The notes under the pieces are model-generated. The model saw nothing but the letters and a program-made list of their open reading frames with translations, was not told where the DNA came from and ran no database searches. From an uncultured Acidimicrobiales bacterium (GTDB lineage: Bacteria > Actinomycetota > Acidimicrobiia > Acidimicrobiales > JANYDT01), in NCBI GenBank assembly GCA_963763885.1, contig CAVXQD010000002.1, positions 304,389 to 368,388 of the forward strand: 64,000 nucleotides of DNA, read 5' to 3'. Below are positions 38,639-49,372 of this stretch, piece by piece. The translations under genes were made by a program, and so were the position numbers. Positions within the stretch are counted from its first letter, which is position 1; every line of letters begins with the position of its first letter.

Positions 38639-40510
38639 ATGGGTGTACTTATCGATGCTGCTGGCGTCACCGTGAAGCGACCTGATCGAGCGTTATTCGA
38701 CAACCTTTCCGTCACCATTTCCGGTGGAGAGCGCTGGGGGGTCGTCGGCATCAACGGAACCGGCAAAACAACACTGCTGCGCGTTCTTGCCGGGACACAG
38801 GAACCTGATTCCGGTGTGGTGCGCAGGGCTCGTGGCATTCGGGTCGGCGTGCTGGATCAGAACCCTGACCTCGGCAGCGGAACGGTCCTCGACGCCCTTG
38901 GCGATTCATGGGAAGCGGCTTCGGTTTTGGAGCGTCTTGGCATCGGTTCCTTGGGCGACGCCCCGGTCAACCGGCTGTCCGGCGGACAAGCAAAGCGAGC
39001 GGCCTTGGCGCGCAGCCTGGTGCTGGTCCCGGGCGACCACGACGACGACCTACTGATTCTGGACGAACCCACCAACCATTTGGACCTCGATGGCATTGAG
39101 TGGCTTGAGCAGCGCCTGTCCATGCAGAAGGGAGCGGTTGTGCTGGTAAGCCACGACCGTCACCTGTTGGACCGTGTTTGCGGCCGCATGCTGGAACTGG
39201 ACCGCGGCACTGGGTTTGTGCACACCGGCGGCTACCAGTCCTTCCTCGATGGGCGTGCGGCACGAGAAGAGCGCGGCGCCGCGGAGGAATCAACCCGGCG
39301 CAACCTCGCTCGTCGAGAGTTGGAATGGTTGAGGCGCGGCGCTCCTGCCAGAACCAGCAAGTCAAAAGCGCGCATAGCTTCTGCAACCGCGCTTATTGAA
39401 ACGCGTCCGCAAGATGCGGCTCGCTCGGCAACCATCGGATTTGGCGCCGCTACCGGCAGGTCTGGCGAGGGCCAAGGTCCGTCGGCCGGATCAGTGCAGG
39501 GCAGTTATCGCAATGCATACGACGCAACCCTTGCTCCACGACTTGGGAACAAGGTGGTGGAGCTGCACAACGTGGGGCACCGCTACACGGCTGATGGTCC
39601 TTGGTTGTTTCGCAACTCCAGTCTCATCCTGGAGCCCGGAGCGCGGTATGGCATCGCAGGCGCCAACGGGTCCGGCAAGACCACTCTTCTCGACGTCATC
39701 GCCGGTCGGCTGAAGCCAGCCGAAGGGTCCGTTGAAGTAGGCCCAACCGTGCGAATTGGCTATTACAGCCAGTTGGGCCAAGAGCTTGATCCCAAGCAGC
39801 GTGTGCGGGACGCAGTTGCGGGGAAAGCACGTCCCGTCGGGTCCCCCGAGGACAAGAAGCTGATGGAGCAGTTCTGGTTTGCCAGTGACGCCCAGTTTGC
39901 GCCCATCGGCCTGCTCTCCGGCGGCGAGCGTCGCCGTCTTCAGTTGCTGCTGGTGCTTGCGGAGCGGCCAAACGTGCTGTTGCTCGACGAACCCACCAAC
40001 GACCTCGACCTCGACACGTTGCGCGCTATCGAAGATTTCCTCGAAGACTGGCCGGGCACCGTGGTGGCAATCAGCCACGACCGTGCCTTCCTTGACCGGG
40101 TGGTTGAGGAAGTGATGCTTGTTGAAGATGAGCAGGCGGCCTTGGTGCCAGGCGGGTATGGCGGGTGGAGAGCTAGTCGCAACAAGAGCGGCTCTGGAGC
40201 CAACCGGATTGCCAAAGCGGTGGCCGTCAAAGCCACGCCGCTGCCAGCTGCAGAGAGCTCGTCCACGCCCGACGGTGCGGACGCCGAGGCACCGAAGCGC
40301 AAATCCAAGTCAACGTCTGGGTTCAAACTCCGAGAACTCGAAAAAGAGATGGCCAAACTCGACCGTCGTCGTGCATCGCTTGAAGCCAACCTCGTAGCGG
40401 CCGGCAGTGACCACGTGAAGCTTTCCGCCATCGGCGCAGACCTGGGTGTTGTCACCACCGCAATTGCCGCCTGCGAAGAGCAGTGGCTGGAGCTCGCCGC
40501 CGACGACTAA
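38639..40510 (+). CDS. ABC-F ATPase (Uup-like)
   Basis: Two ABC domains, ELEWLRRGAPAR linker, C-terminal coiled coil ending EEQWLEL. Confidence 0.92.
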   Translation: MGVLIDAAGVTVKRPDRALFDNLSVTISGGERWGVVGINGTGKTTLLRVLAGTQEPDSGVVRRARGIRVGVLDQNPDLGSGTVLDALGDSWEAASVLERLGIGSLGDAPVNRLSGGQAKRAALARSLVLVPGDHDDDLLILDEPTNHLDLDGIEWLEQRLSMQKGAVVLVSHDRHLLDRVCGRMLELDRGTGFVHTGGYQSFLDGRAAREERGAAEESTRRNLARRELEWLRRGAPARTSKSKARIASATALIETRPQDAARSATIGFGAATGRSGEGQGPSAGSVQGSYRNAYDATLAPRLGNKVVELHNVGHRYTADGPWLFRNSSLILEPGARYGIAGANGSGKTTLLDVIAGRLKPAEGSVEVGPTVRIGYYSQLGQELDPKQRVRDAVAGKARPVGSPEDKKLMEQFWFASDAQFAPIGLLSGGERRRLQLLLVLAERPNVLLLDEPTNDLDLDTLRAIEDFLEDWPGTVVAISHDRAFLDRVVEEVMLVEDEQAALVPGGYGGWRASRNKSGSGANRIAKAVAVKATPLPAAESSSTPDGADAEAPKRKSKSTSGFKLRELEKEMAKLDRRRASLEANLVAAGSDHVKLSAIGADLGVVTTAIAACEEQWLELAADD

Positions 40511-40590
40511 CGATCGACGGCTCCTGTCAGTCGACCACCGATCGAGGAATTACAAGGAATTACGGGCAAGTACGAGAATTACCCGGAGCG

Positions 40591-41711
40591 TTACTGCATC
40601 CATTCCCCAAGGGCATCGGCCATTGCTTCCAACTCGCCCGGAACGTCACCAACTGGCTGAAATGCGATCTCAGTAATACCCGCCGCTGATAGCTCGCGTG
40701 CTTTTGTCTGCAGTTGTTGGGCCGTGCCGGTGAGGGGAGACAGCGCCGCGGCCGCCGCTGGGGTCAATACTTGGCGGTCGATGGGGTTCATTGTGGTGAG
40801 GTGGCCGCGGTGCAATTCGAGATGACGGATCGGTTCAGGAATTGCTTCCACCAGCGCAACGAATTGGCCCGCACGTGTTCGGTAACGTCTCAAGACGGTC
40901 GTCGTGCTGCTCCAAGAAGGCGTGATAGGCAACGGCGGCTGGGGCTCCTGCGGCTTCGAAAACTCGACGCGACTCGATCGTTTCGCCGGGCCGGATCACT
41001 GTTCCGAATCCAAGCAAAGTCGCTGTTGGTATGTTCACGTAGGAAGCGTCGCCTCGTGGTCGGCTGGTGAAGATGCCCAGCCCCATATCGGCCGCTGTTC
41101 CGATGCCCCGGCGCTCAGGTCGCGCTGAACCTGGTGGGCGAAAGTTGTGACGGTCTCAACTCGTACGAACCGAATCGGTCTGACCAGAGGAGGTGGTTGG
41201 ACTAATGGAAAGGAGCTTAGCGGAAATGAAAGTAAGGACCGTTCACTCCGAGCACCCACCGAACCTCGATGGGCCTGTGAGGAGCTTGTCCGGCACCGTG
41301 CAGCATCTCCACCATTTTGTCCATCGACCAGGACTGTTTCGCCGCGAAGAAGCGCCTGAACCGTCTCGACGTTCGTTGGAATGTCGGCCCAACGAAGTGG
41401 CTTCTGGCCCATTGCTCGACGGCCGGTAAAGCCGGTGCCTATCCGACGACCACTCGCTCTACTCCGACGAGGCTCACAAGATGTGCAATCGCCGACGCGG
41501 TCACCATGGGGTGCCGGAGCGACGGGATGAGGACGCCAGGTCCGATGATGATGCGATGCGTCTGCGTTGCTGCCAGTGCAAGCGTCATCCACACATCGAG
41601 TTGGAGCGCCGGAGTGTCGTAGACCCATGCGGTGTGATAACCGAGCTGTTCGGCCAACTTGATGTGTGCGGGTGTTTCGGGGACAGGTGGGAAAGCGCAG
41701 GAGACTCGCAT
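40591..41711 (-). pseudogene. LLM-class oxidoreductase pseudogene
   Basis: Fragments WVYDTP/IGPGV..P..RHP, GTGFTGRR, WVLGVNGP, FGTV...GE, H.GH, AGITEIAFQP spread over several frames; at least 3 frameshifts and an ~200-bp insertion. Confidence 0.88.
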
Positions 41712-41748
41712 GGGCCGGTTTTAGTCGACCGGCGAAGCAGTTGCTCTG

Positions 41749-42588
41749 TCAGCCCTCTGGGATGAGGCCGCGCTGCACGTCGGGCGGAATGTACGCGTCG
41801 AGCATCAGGCCGTAGTTCGGTCCTCCCCGAAGATGGTGGCCGCCGTCCACGCTGATGTTCTGGCCGGTGATCCACGTTGAGTCCGGACCCAATAAGAAGC
41901 AGGCCAACCCGGCGGTGTCCTGCACGGTTCCCACTCGCCCCAAGGGCATCTTCTCTTCGTAGTCGGCAAGCAGCGGCCCGCCCTTGGTGATGCTTCCGAC
42001 AAGGTCGGTGTCCACCAAGCCTGGTCGGATGGAATTGACGCGGATCTGCGATGCCCCAAGTTCATCTGCAGACACCTGTACCAACATGTCGATTCCAGCC
42101 TTGGCCACGCAATAGGCCGCCATCAAACGGTGTGTCTTGATACCTGCGATTGAAGACACCGCCACAATCGAACCGCCGCCGTTGCGTGCCATGACGGGCG
42201 CCACGTGCTTGATGGTCAACAGAGTGCTGACCAGGTTCATATCGATTGTTGCTCTGAAGACTGCAAGGTCCATGGTCACGACCGGCCCGAGGCCGGCGGA
42301 GCCGCCTGCTGATGCCAACACACCATCGATGCGTCCGTTGGCAGCGCATGCTGCTTGCACGACTCGCCGCACGTCTTCTTCGACGGTCATGTCTGCCGCA
42401 GCGACACTGACTGACGTACCGGTGGCTGCCACGGCGAGGATCTCTTGCGCTGCGGATTTCAGGCGGTCCTCGCTACGGCCACATATCGTGACGTGCGCTC
42501 CGTCGGCCGCCAACCGTTTCGCTGCACCGAGGCCGATGCCACTGCCGCCTCCGGTGATCAACACGGACATTCCAGCAAGAGTGGTCAT
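41749..42588 (-). CDS. Short-chain dehydrogenase/reductase
   Basis: TGGGSGIG, YCVAK, VDGG. Confidence 0.93.
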   Translation of the reverse strand: MTTLAGMSVLITGGGSGIGLGAAKRLAADGAHVTICGRSEDRLKSAAQEILAVAATGTSVSVAAADMTVEEDVRRVVQAACAANGRIDGVLASAGGSAGLGPVVTMDLAVFRATIDMNLVSTLLTIKHVAPVMARNGGGSIVAVSSIAGIKTHRLMAAYCVAKAGIDMLVQVSADELGASQIRVNSIRPGLVDTDLVGSITKGGPLLADYEEKMPLGRVGTVQDTAGLACFLLGPDSTWITGQNISVDGGHHLRGGPNYGLMLDAYIPPDVQRGLIPEG

Positions 42589-42631
42589 CCGAAGTGCCTA
42601 TCGGCTGACAGGGGCCCGATGCCAATGCGAA

Positions 42632-44026
42632 TCAGAAGATCAACTGCGCGTTGGTGCTCTCATCGATGTTGATGTTGAACGCAGTTTGCTGGTTCGAGAT
42701 CGTTGCGGCGATGAATCGGGATGTTGTGTTCCATCCACTCATCTGTACGTCGAATCGCAACTCCCCGTTCGGGAGGTAGACCGTTCCTTGGAGCGACGAC
42801 CCAGGGTTGACGCGCAAGCCCATCTGTCCAATTGCGGACCGGTCGTAATAGAACAGTACGTTTGCATACGGTCCGGTCCGTTGCGCGCGAAGATTCACGA
42901 TGCCCCCGTTGCGCACCATGAGCTTCTCGCCGCCGCCCATGAAGAAGAGCGTGACGCCGTCTGTTGCCGTAGCGGATGGGTGCATGAGCAGGCTGCCGCC
43001 GATGTTGAACGGCTGACCATCGTTGATGAACGTGTAGTTGCCCGGCATCAGGTAGATCGTCGCTCCGTTGCCGATTGTGTTGTACGGGCCGGAGTACGTG
43101 CCAGGGGTGAGGGTCTGACACGCGCAGTTCTGCAGAAACGTGTCGAACGACGCAGCGATTCCTGGTGCGGGTGGGTTGGGGAGATGGCGCAGCGGATCGT
43201 TCACCCAGGCGGAGTTTGGTTGCGCCGAGCCGTTGACATGGGGCGGCGGGCAGACAAATCCGACCGTGGCTGTGCACGATACGGTGCCAACTGCCCGCAC
43301 GGCTGGGGTGGTGATCTGCGAGGGGTTCTGAATCAACGTGTTGCCGTTGCTGTGAGCACATCCGCTGACGCTCCAGGTCCCGATGCCGTTGAGGTCGAAC
43401 GTGGCTGCACCTTGACCTGTTCGATTGGAGGCTGCGAGCGCGTAAATGCCGCACGAAGACTGTGGGGCTGGGCCCATGGTTATGGCCAGTTTTGCGGACC
43501 CGTTTGCTCGGAGCGGCGACGCCGTGAATGTTTGGCTGAACGTTCCTTTGACCAGCCGCGGAACCCAGACGCGAAACTCGGGCCGCTCTGGATCTCTGTC
43601 GTTGACGGCCACGCAACCGGGCGCGTGTGGAGACACCGCCGTGTACAAGCGTTGTCCGGCTGGCAGCGCCTGGTCGGCCTGGATCACCGGATCAATGCAC
43701 GCCGCGTATTGCGCGGCAGTCATATGTGAGTTGACCAGGAGGTAGCGGTGTGCGGTAGTGAACGCACTCGAACGGGCAGCGTCTCGGCGTGTCGGGTCGC
43801 TCACCGCTAGTTGCGACAGAGCTGCCCACGCCGAGCGGTAACCGGAAACCGCGGCGAATGTGCCGGCGTCCGCTGCGTTCTCGGTCAGCGCCCGCTGCTG
43901 GAAGGAGTTGGACAGATCCACCGCGAACGCGCCGAACACCAGCAGCACCGACATCACAAGGGCCAAGAGCAACGCAATTGCGCCCTGCTCACGCTCCGCG
44001 GGATCGTGACGCTCGTCTGACCTCAT
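42632..44026 (-). CDS. TadG-like Flp/Tad minor pilin with a large C-terminal domain
   Basis: QG/AIALLLAL prepilin-type TM, AVDLS, NAADA; PG.Y and GTVYLP motifs. Confidence 0.82.
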   Translation of the reverse strand: MRSDERHDPAEREQGAIALLLALVMSVLLVFGAFAVDLSNSFQQRALTENAADAGTFAAVSGYRSAWAALSQLAVSDPTRRDAARSSAFTTAHRYLLVNSHMTAAQYAACIDPVIQADQALPAGQRLYTAVSPHAPGCVAVNDRDPERPEFRVWVPRLVKGTFSQTFTASPLRANGSAKLAITMGPAPQSSCGIYALAASNRTGQGAATFDLNGIGTWSVSGCAHSNGNTLIQNPSQITTPAVRAVGTVSCTATVGFVCPPPHVNGSAQPNSAWVNDPLRHLPNPPAPGIAASFDTFLQNCACQTLTPGTYSGPYNTIGNGATIYLMPGNYTFINDGQPFNIGGSLLMHPSATATDGVTLFFMGGGEKLMVRNGGIVNLRAQRTGPYANVLFYYDRSAIGQMGLRVNPGSSLQGTVYLPNGELRFDVQMSGWNTTSRFIAATISNQQTAFNINIDESTNAQLIF

Positions 44027-44027
44027 G

Positions 44028-44625
44028 TCAGATGGTTCCATTTGCCTGTTCGCACGAGGTCCAATCAACGGTTGGCCCGTAACTGCCTTGATAGATGGTC
44101 GATGATGTGATCGGTGTGGAGGAGTCTGCGGGGATGACCATGCGGGCACGGAGGAGCCGTTGGTCATACATGCCACCCAAAAAGCCCGCTGCGGCTTGAG
44201 GTGCGGTACGCAACACACACGACGATCGCTTCCGTGTGTTGAGGACCAGTGAGCGGGCTGATCTGGAGCCCGTTGGCGCCCACCTGCCCGGTGCGCACCT
44301 GTACCGAAAGCCTGGTGGTATTGAGTTGAAGTCCCCGCCCGAGGGCCACAACTCGACACACCGCCCACTGTGATCGGGCCACGTTACCCATTGCCCCAGT
44401 GGTAGCTCCGCAAACGGTGCTTGCGGTGGCCGGAACCCGCGCCGGCGAGTCCGTCGCGATCATCCGAATGCTCTCGCGCACCAATTGGCGCGTGCGATTG
44501 GCGTCGTCCATCACGAAGCTTGTGTCGATGAGGCCCAACACCAACGAAACAAGCATCGACGCGATGAGCGAAAACTCGACTGCGGCGGCCCCACGTTCGT
44601 CCTTGCGCGAGGCGAAGCAACCCAT
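44028..44625 (-). pseudogene. TadE-family minor pilin, frameshifted near 44185
   Basis: ERG/AAAVEF; continues in frame 44028..44351 (FLGGMYDQRLLRARM), which aligns with the paralogue's SGLLAPLL...ARM. Confidence 0.8.
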
Positions 44626-44692
44626 ATCGGTGATCCATCGGCGATATTGAGCGGTCCCTAAAGTAATAATCCCCGTCGGTCGAAACACCTAT

Positions 44693-45307
44693 GTGGTCAG
44701 ACGACAGCACCTTCGCTCCGGAGAGCGGGAAGGTGGGGCCGCCTCGGTCGAGTTCGCGCTCGTCGCGATGATCTTTTTCACGCTTGTGGTCGGGCTGATG
44801 GATCTGACGATGGCGTTGTTTTCCATGAATTCGGTCTCCACTGCGAGTCGCGACGGTGCGCGCGCTGCGGCAGCGTGGAAGGGAACCGACTTGAGCGCGA
44901 CCAGTTCGTGTTCTCAGGCTTCGTCGATGTCGTTCGGTGCGGACGGGAATGCGGCCGAGGCACGGCGAATTCTCTGCTTCGCCGGTTCCCGGGTGTATCT
45001 CATCGGAGAGGATCGTGTTCGGGTGCGGGTTCAGTTCGAAGACGCCGATGGGCTCCCGCTCGCGAAGGGTGTCTTGCAGCCTGCCCCCCAATCGACGTTC
45101 GTTGTTGTCTGTACGCAAGTCCGCTATCGATCGATCAGCGGTCTCTTGGCACCGTTGCTGAACAGTCGAATCCAGGCGTCCAGCGCGCGGATGCGCCTGG
45201 AGGAGAGTCCCGCAGAACGTGATGCTTCCGGTGCCGTTGTGAACGCTCGGACCTTTGACATCGCGTCCGGCGGCCACCAGATGTTCGATTCAACGCGACC
45301 CTGCTGA
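44693..45307 (+). CDS. TadE-family minor pilin
   Basis: EGG/AASVEFALV, SRDGAR. Confidence 0.88.
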   Translation: MVRRQHLRSGEREGGAASVEFALVAMIFFTLVVGLMDLTMALFSMNSVSTASRDGARAAAAWKGTDLSATSSCSQASSMSFGADGNAAEARRILCFAGSRVYLIGEDRVRVRVQFEDADGLPLAKGVLQPAPQSTFVVVCTQVRYRSISGLLAPLLNSRIQASSARMRLEESPAERDASGAVVNARTFDIASGGHQMFDSTRPC

Positions 45308-45324
45308 ACGTCTTGAATCCGGAC

Positions 45325-45353
45325 TAGACGAACGAACACCTGTTCGTTACAGT
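45325..45353 (+). promoter_or_regulatory. LexA SOS box inside the dinB promoter
   Basis: TAGACG-N17-TACAGT with palindrome aaCGAAC-acct-GTTCGtt (45331-45348) in the spacer. Confidence 0.9.
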
Positions 45354-45359
45354 GGGGCC

Positions 45360-46562
45360 GTGACGACGATGGCCGAACCCCCAGTGCGTACAATCATGCA
45401 TGCAGACCTTGACGCCTTCTATGCGTCGGTTGAGCAGCGAGACAACCCTGCGCTGCGCGGGAAACCTGTGTTGGTGGGCATGGGTGTCGTCACCGCGGCA
45501 AGCTACGAAGCTAAGCGCGCAGGGGTTCGGTGCCCCACCAGTGTCCGCGAGGCGAAGCGTCTCTGTCCCGATGCCATCGTGGTGCAAGCTCGTATGCACG
45601 CATATAGCGAGGCAAGCAAGGAGGTGTTCCGCATCTTTCGTGAGACGTCGCCCGAGGTGGAAGGGGTTTCTATTGACGAGGCCTTCATCGACGTCACCGG
45701 GCTTCGTCGCTTGGTGGGGGACGGGCCCAGCATTGCGAGAACCTTGCGTGCACGTGTTGCCGCTGAAGTGGGGCTCCCGCTCAGTGTTGGGGTGGCAAGC
45801 ACCAAGCATCTGGCCAAGGTTGCAAGTGCAGCCGCCAAGCCAGATGGGCTAATCGTTGTTGAGCCCGGCGGCGAAGCTGCGTTCCTCCATCCGCTTCCGG
45901 TGGAAGTGCTGTGGGGTGTAGGCCCGGTGACGTCGGCCAAACTTCACGCCCGCGGGTTACATCGTGTGGCAGACCTCGCTGCGCTTGACGAGACGTTTCT
46001 GGTTGATGCGGTCGGCCGCGCTGCGGGTCATCACCTGTTTGCGCTTGCGAACAACCGTGACCCTCGTCGTGTGGACACGGGTCGCCGCCGCAGGTCTATT
46101 GGTTCGCAGAGCTCGTTTCCGCGAGGCGGACTCAATCGCGATGAATGCGATGCACTTCTGCTCAACGTGGTGGACCGTGTCTGCGCTCGAATGCGCAAGG
46201 CCGACCGGGTGGGTCGCACCGTTGTGCTGCGCCTGCGGTTTGGCGACTTCACCAACGCCACCCGCTCGCACACACTGGACGAAGCAACCAACACCACCGC
46301 TGCCATACTTGCCCCTGCTCAGTCGTTGTTCACGGGGATTTGGCCAGACGCTCGCACGAGGGGTCTGACGAGAATTGGTCTCTCCGTCACGGGCCTCAGT
46401 TCTGACGGTACGGTCCAACTTGCGTTGCCCTTCAAGGACGGAGAGTCTCTGGCGCTGGACTCAACGCTTGACGCAATCCAAGACCGGTTTGGGAAGTCGT
46501 CGGTAACGCGCGCATCCAACCTTGGCCGTCGTTTTCTTGAAGTGCCGATGTTGCCGGACTGA
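45360..46562 (+). CDS. dinB: DNA polymerase IV
   Basis: HADLDAFYASVE, ASYEA, SIDEAF, AKPDG; SOS box upstream. Confidence 0.96.
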   Translation: MTTMAEPPVRTIMHADLDAFYASVEQRDNPALRGKPVLVGMGVVTAASYEAKRAGVRCPTSVREAKRLCPDAIVVQARMHAYSEASKEVFRIFRETSPEVEGVSIDEAFIDVTGLRRLVGDGPSIARTLRARVAAEVGLPLSVGVASTKHLAKVASAAAKPDGLIVVEPGGEAAFLHPLPVEVLWGVGPVTSAKLHARGLHRVADLAALDETFLVDAVGRAAGHHLFALANNRDPRRVDTGRRRRSIGSQSSFPRGGLNRDECDALLLNVVDRVCARMRKADRVGRTVVLRLRFGDFTNATRSHTLDEATNTTAAILAPAQSLFTGIWPDARTRGLTRIGLSVTGLSSDGTVQLALPFKDGESLALDSTLDAIQDRFGKSSVTRASNLGRRFLEVPMLPD

Positions 46563-46582
46563 GTGAGTGTCCAAGTGAGCGT

Positions 46583-48073
46583 CTAACTCCCGCTGAGGTC
46601 TGACTCGGCGACGCAACGAAGCGCCTGGGCCGCGATGGTCAGCGCAGGGTTCATGGCTGCCGACGAGGGGAAGAATCCAGCGTCCACTATCCACAGGTTT
46701 TCGATGTCGTGAGATCGACACCACGAGTCCACCACGCTGGTGGAACCTGAGGTGCCGGCCACCGTGGTGCCACACATGTGGCTGTTCATTGAAATGTCGA
46801 ACCGTTGCGTAAACACGTGTTGGTAACCGGCGGTACGGAGCAATCGCTTGGCCTTGGCAAGCAATCGAGCATGGTTCGCCGTGCCAAGCGCCTTACGAGT
46901 TATGACGATCCTTCCCGACGAATCGAGCGTCACGCGGTTATCCGGATGCGCAAAATCCTCCGCCATCACGAGCCATTCCACGCTGTGTTTGGCGATTCCA
47001 TCGAGCAGCGTCAGCGGGACACGAGTGGCCCAACTCTTCATCATCACGCCCTGCACTTTGCCGATCAGTTGCAGCACTCCGAAAGGCTGTCCGTCGCCTT
47101 GATCGTGGTACCAGTCATTCACCGACAACGTCTTCTGGAACATTGCGTTGTTGGCTCGCTTGAGGTCGACCGCGGCAATATGGGCGTTGTTGTGCATCAT
47201 GAAGTTACGTCCAACAAGGTCCGACGAGTTGGCCAGCGAGGAACGCAGCAGCAACGCAGCGGAGTTTGCTGATCCGGCGCTGAGCACAAACCGCTTGCCC
47301 GTTACGGTGACGGGGCCATCTTCGGTCTCCACCACCAGGTGATCCACGCGGCCGTTCACCTCGTGAATGCGTTGGACGATTGCGCCTTCCAGCAGCCGTA
47401 CCTTGCCGGTGGCCAGAGCTGGGTTGAGCGCGCAAGTCTCGGCATCGCTCTTCGCACCCACCCGACACGGAAAGCCATCACACGTGGCGCATCGTATGCA
47501 TGTTGATGGTTGCGGCTGCGAGTTGAGGTCGACTCCCATTGCATTGGCTGCCGGATTCACCCCTGCTACCCGCAACCGGTCAGCCATCGCCGCGATGTAC
47601 GGCTCGTGGGTCAACGCTGGATGCGGGTACGGCCCACTTCGCCACGGCTCCGTTGGATCCTGGCCTGTGGTTCCATGCACGTTGTAGATGCGCTCGGCCT
47701 CCGCATAATACGGCTCCAAGTCCGCATAGCTGAAAGGCCAAGCTGGAGAAAATCCCTCAACGTGCTCGGTGGCGTCGAAGTCCCGCTCACGAAAACGAGG
47801 GAGGCTGGCGCCGTAGACCTTGGTGTTGCCGCCAACCACGTAGTGGACGCCAGGATGAAATGGTTTGCCGTGCCGATCCGTCCACGTGTCGGCCGGTTTG
47901 TAGCGACGGTCGACGAAGACGGCGTGCGGTGACCAGTTCTCTGGTTCGCTCGGTAGGCGGTGGCCGCGCTCGATAACCAAAACATCGACGCCGCGTCGGG
48001 CTAAGGCAAGCGCAGTGGTGGACCCACCCATGCCTGAACCGATGATGACGACCTCGGCTGAATGCGCGTGCAC
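46583..48073 (-). CDS. GMC-family oxidoreductase
   Basis: IGSGMGG, VGGNTKVYG, CIRCATCDGFPC, HMCGT, NPALT. Confidence 0.92.
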   Translation of the reverse strand: MHAHSAEVVIIGSGMGGSTTALALARRGVDVLVIERGHRLPSEPENWSPHAVFVDRRYKPADTWTDRHGKPFHPGVHYVVGGNTKVYGASLPRFRERDFDATEHVEGFSPAWPFSYADLEPYYAEAERIYNVHGTTGQDPTEPWRSGPYPHPALTHEPYIAAMADRLRVAGVNPAANAMGVDLNSQPQPSTCIRCATCDGFPCRVGAKSDAETCALNPALATGKVRLLEGAIVQRIHEVNGRVDHLVVETEDGPVTVTGKRFVLSAGSANSAALLLRSSLANSSDLVGRNFMMHNNAHIAAVDLKRANNAMFQKTLSVNDWYHDQGDGQPFGVLQLIGKVQGVMMKSWATRVPLTLLDGIAKHSVEWLVMAEDFAHPDNRVTLDSSGRIVITRKALGTANHARLLAKAKRLLRTAGYQHVFTQRFDISMNSHMCGTTVAGTSGSTSVVDSWCRSHDIENLWIVDAGFFPSSAAMNPALTIAAQALRCVAESDLSGS

Positions 48074-48103
48074 GACTATGTTCTTGGGGTTCAGTGAACG
48101 CGG

Positions 48104-49372
48104 CTAGATGACGCCGTCAGCGCGCAAGGTAGCTAGAGCAGCAGCATGTAGGCCGAGTCGCTCCTTCAACACTTCGTCAGTGTGCTGGCCATGTGATGGG
48201 CCGGGCCAACGCACAGCAGTCGGTGTTCCTTTGAAGCGTGGGAATACGTTGTGCATCGGGAAGTCGCCTCGTTCGGTTGGCACGGAAACAATGGACTCAC
48301 GGGCGGCAAAGTGTCGATCGCCAAGCATGTCAACCGCGCGGAAAATGTCCCCGCACACCACATCGTTGCGACGCAGCAGCTCAAGCAGTTCATCGGCTGG
48401 GATGGTGACGGACCACTGGGCAATGCGGTGGTCCAGCTCATCTTGGTTGACGCCGCGGGCTGCGTGTGTGGCATAACGCGGGTCCGATGACAGTTCAGGT
48501 GTTCCCATCGCAAGGCACAGCCGGGAGAAGAGCGTGTCTTGGTTGGCAGCGATGATGACCATGCGCCCGTCCGCCGTTGGGTAGACGTTAGATGGCGCGA
48601 TGCCGGTGAGCTTTGCCCCGCTGCGTTCTCTGGTGTGGCCTGCAACGACGAAATCGGGGATCAGCGATTCCATGATGGCCAGCACCGACTCGTAGATCGA
48701 TGCATCAACAACCTGGCCTCGGCCAGTTGTACGTGCACTGATGATTCCAGCCAGTCCACCCATGCAGGCAAACATCGCGGCTAGTGAGTCGCCCAGCGAG
48801 ATCCCGGCTCGAGACGGCGGTGACCCAGGGTCGCCCATGAGATACCTGATGCCCCCCATTGCCTCGCCGACGCTGGCATACCCAGGCCGCTCGCAATACG
48901 GACCGTCCTGGCCGTAACCAGAGACTCGGATGATCACCAACCGCGGGTTGATCTTCCACAACTCTTCCGGGGCCATTCCCCATCGCTCCAAGGTGCCCGG
49001 ACGGAAGTTCTCCAGCAGCGCATCGGCACCCGCAACGAGATCTCGAATGAGCTGTTGGCCGCGTGCATCGCGGAGGTTTGCTGTGATGCAGCGCTTGTTG
49101 CGGGCGAGGATCGGCCACCAAAGTGGCTGCGCAGTTGGGTCGCCGGGCTCAAACTTGTCCAAGCCCCATTCCCGGATGGGGTCGCCCCGGCCAGGGTCCT
49201 CCACCTTGATCACGTCCGCGCCGTAGTCGGCCATCAACTGACCGCAGAACGGCCCCGCGATGAGCTGACCCATTTCGATCAGGGTCACACCCGCCAACGG
49301 CCCGGATCTGGTCGGAGTTGCAGTGGGTGTCGGGTTTGGTGTGGGTGGTGTCGGGGTTGAATTCGCTGTCAC
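48104..49372 (-). CDS. CaiB/BaiF class III CoA-transferase
   Basis: AGPF, GADVIKVE, RNKR, ENFRPG, LGD. Confidence 0.93.
   Translation of the reverse strand: MTANSTPTPPTPNPTPTATPTRSGPLAGVTLIEMGQLIAGPFCGQLMADYGADVIKVEDPGRGDPIREWGLDKFEPGDPTAQPLWWPILARNKRCITANLRDARGQQLIRDLVAGADALLENFRPGTLERWGMAPEELWKINPRLVIIRVSGYGQDGPYCERPGYASVGEAMGGIRYLMGDPGSPPSRAGISLGDSLAAMFACMGGLAGIISARTTGRGQVVDASIYESVLAIMESLIPDFVVAGHTRERSGAKLTGIAPSNVYPTADGRMVIIAANQDTLFSRLCLAMGTPELSSDPRYATHAARGVNQDELDHRIAQWSVTIPADELLELLRRNDVVCGDIFRAVDMLGDRHFAARESIVSVPTERGDFPMHNVFPRFKGTPTAVRWPGPSHGQHTDEVLKERLGLHAAALATLRADGVI

Noticed and set aside
40547-40583. GAATTAC repeats at ~10-bp spacing
   Set aside because: Short, degenerate and between convergent gene ends; likely slippage
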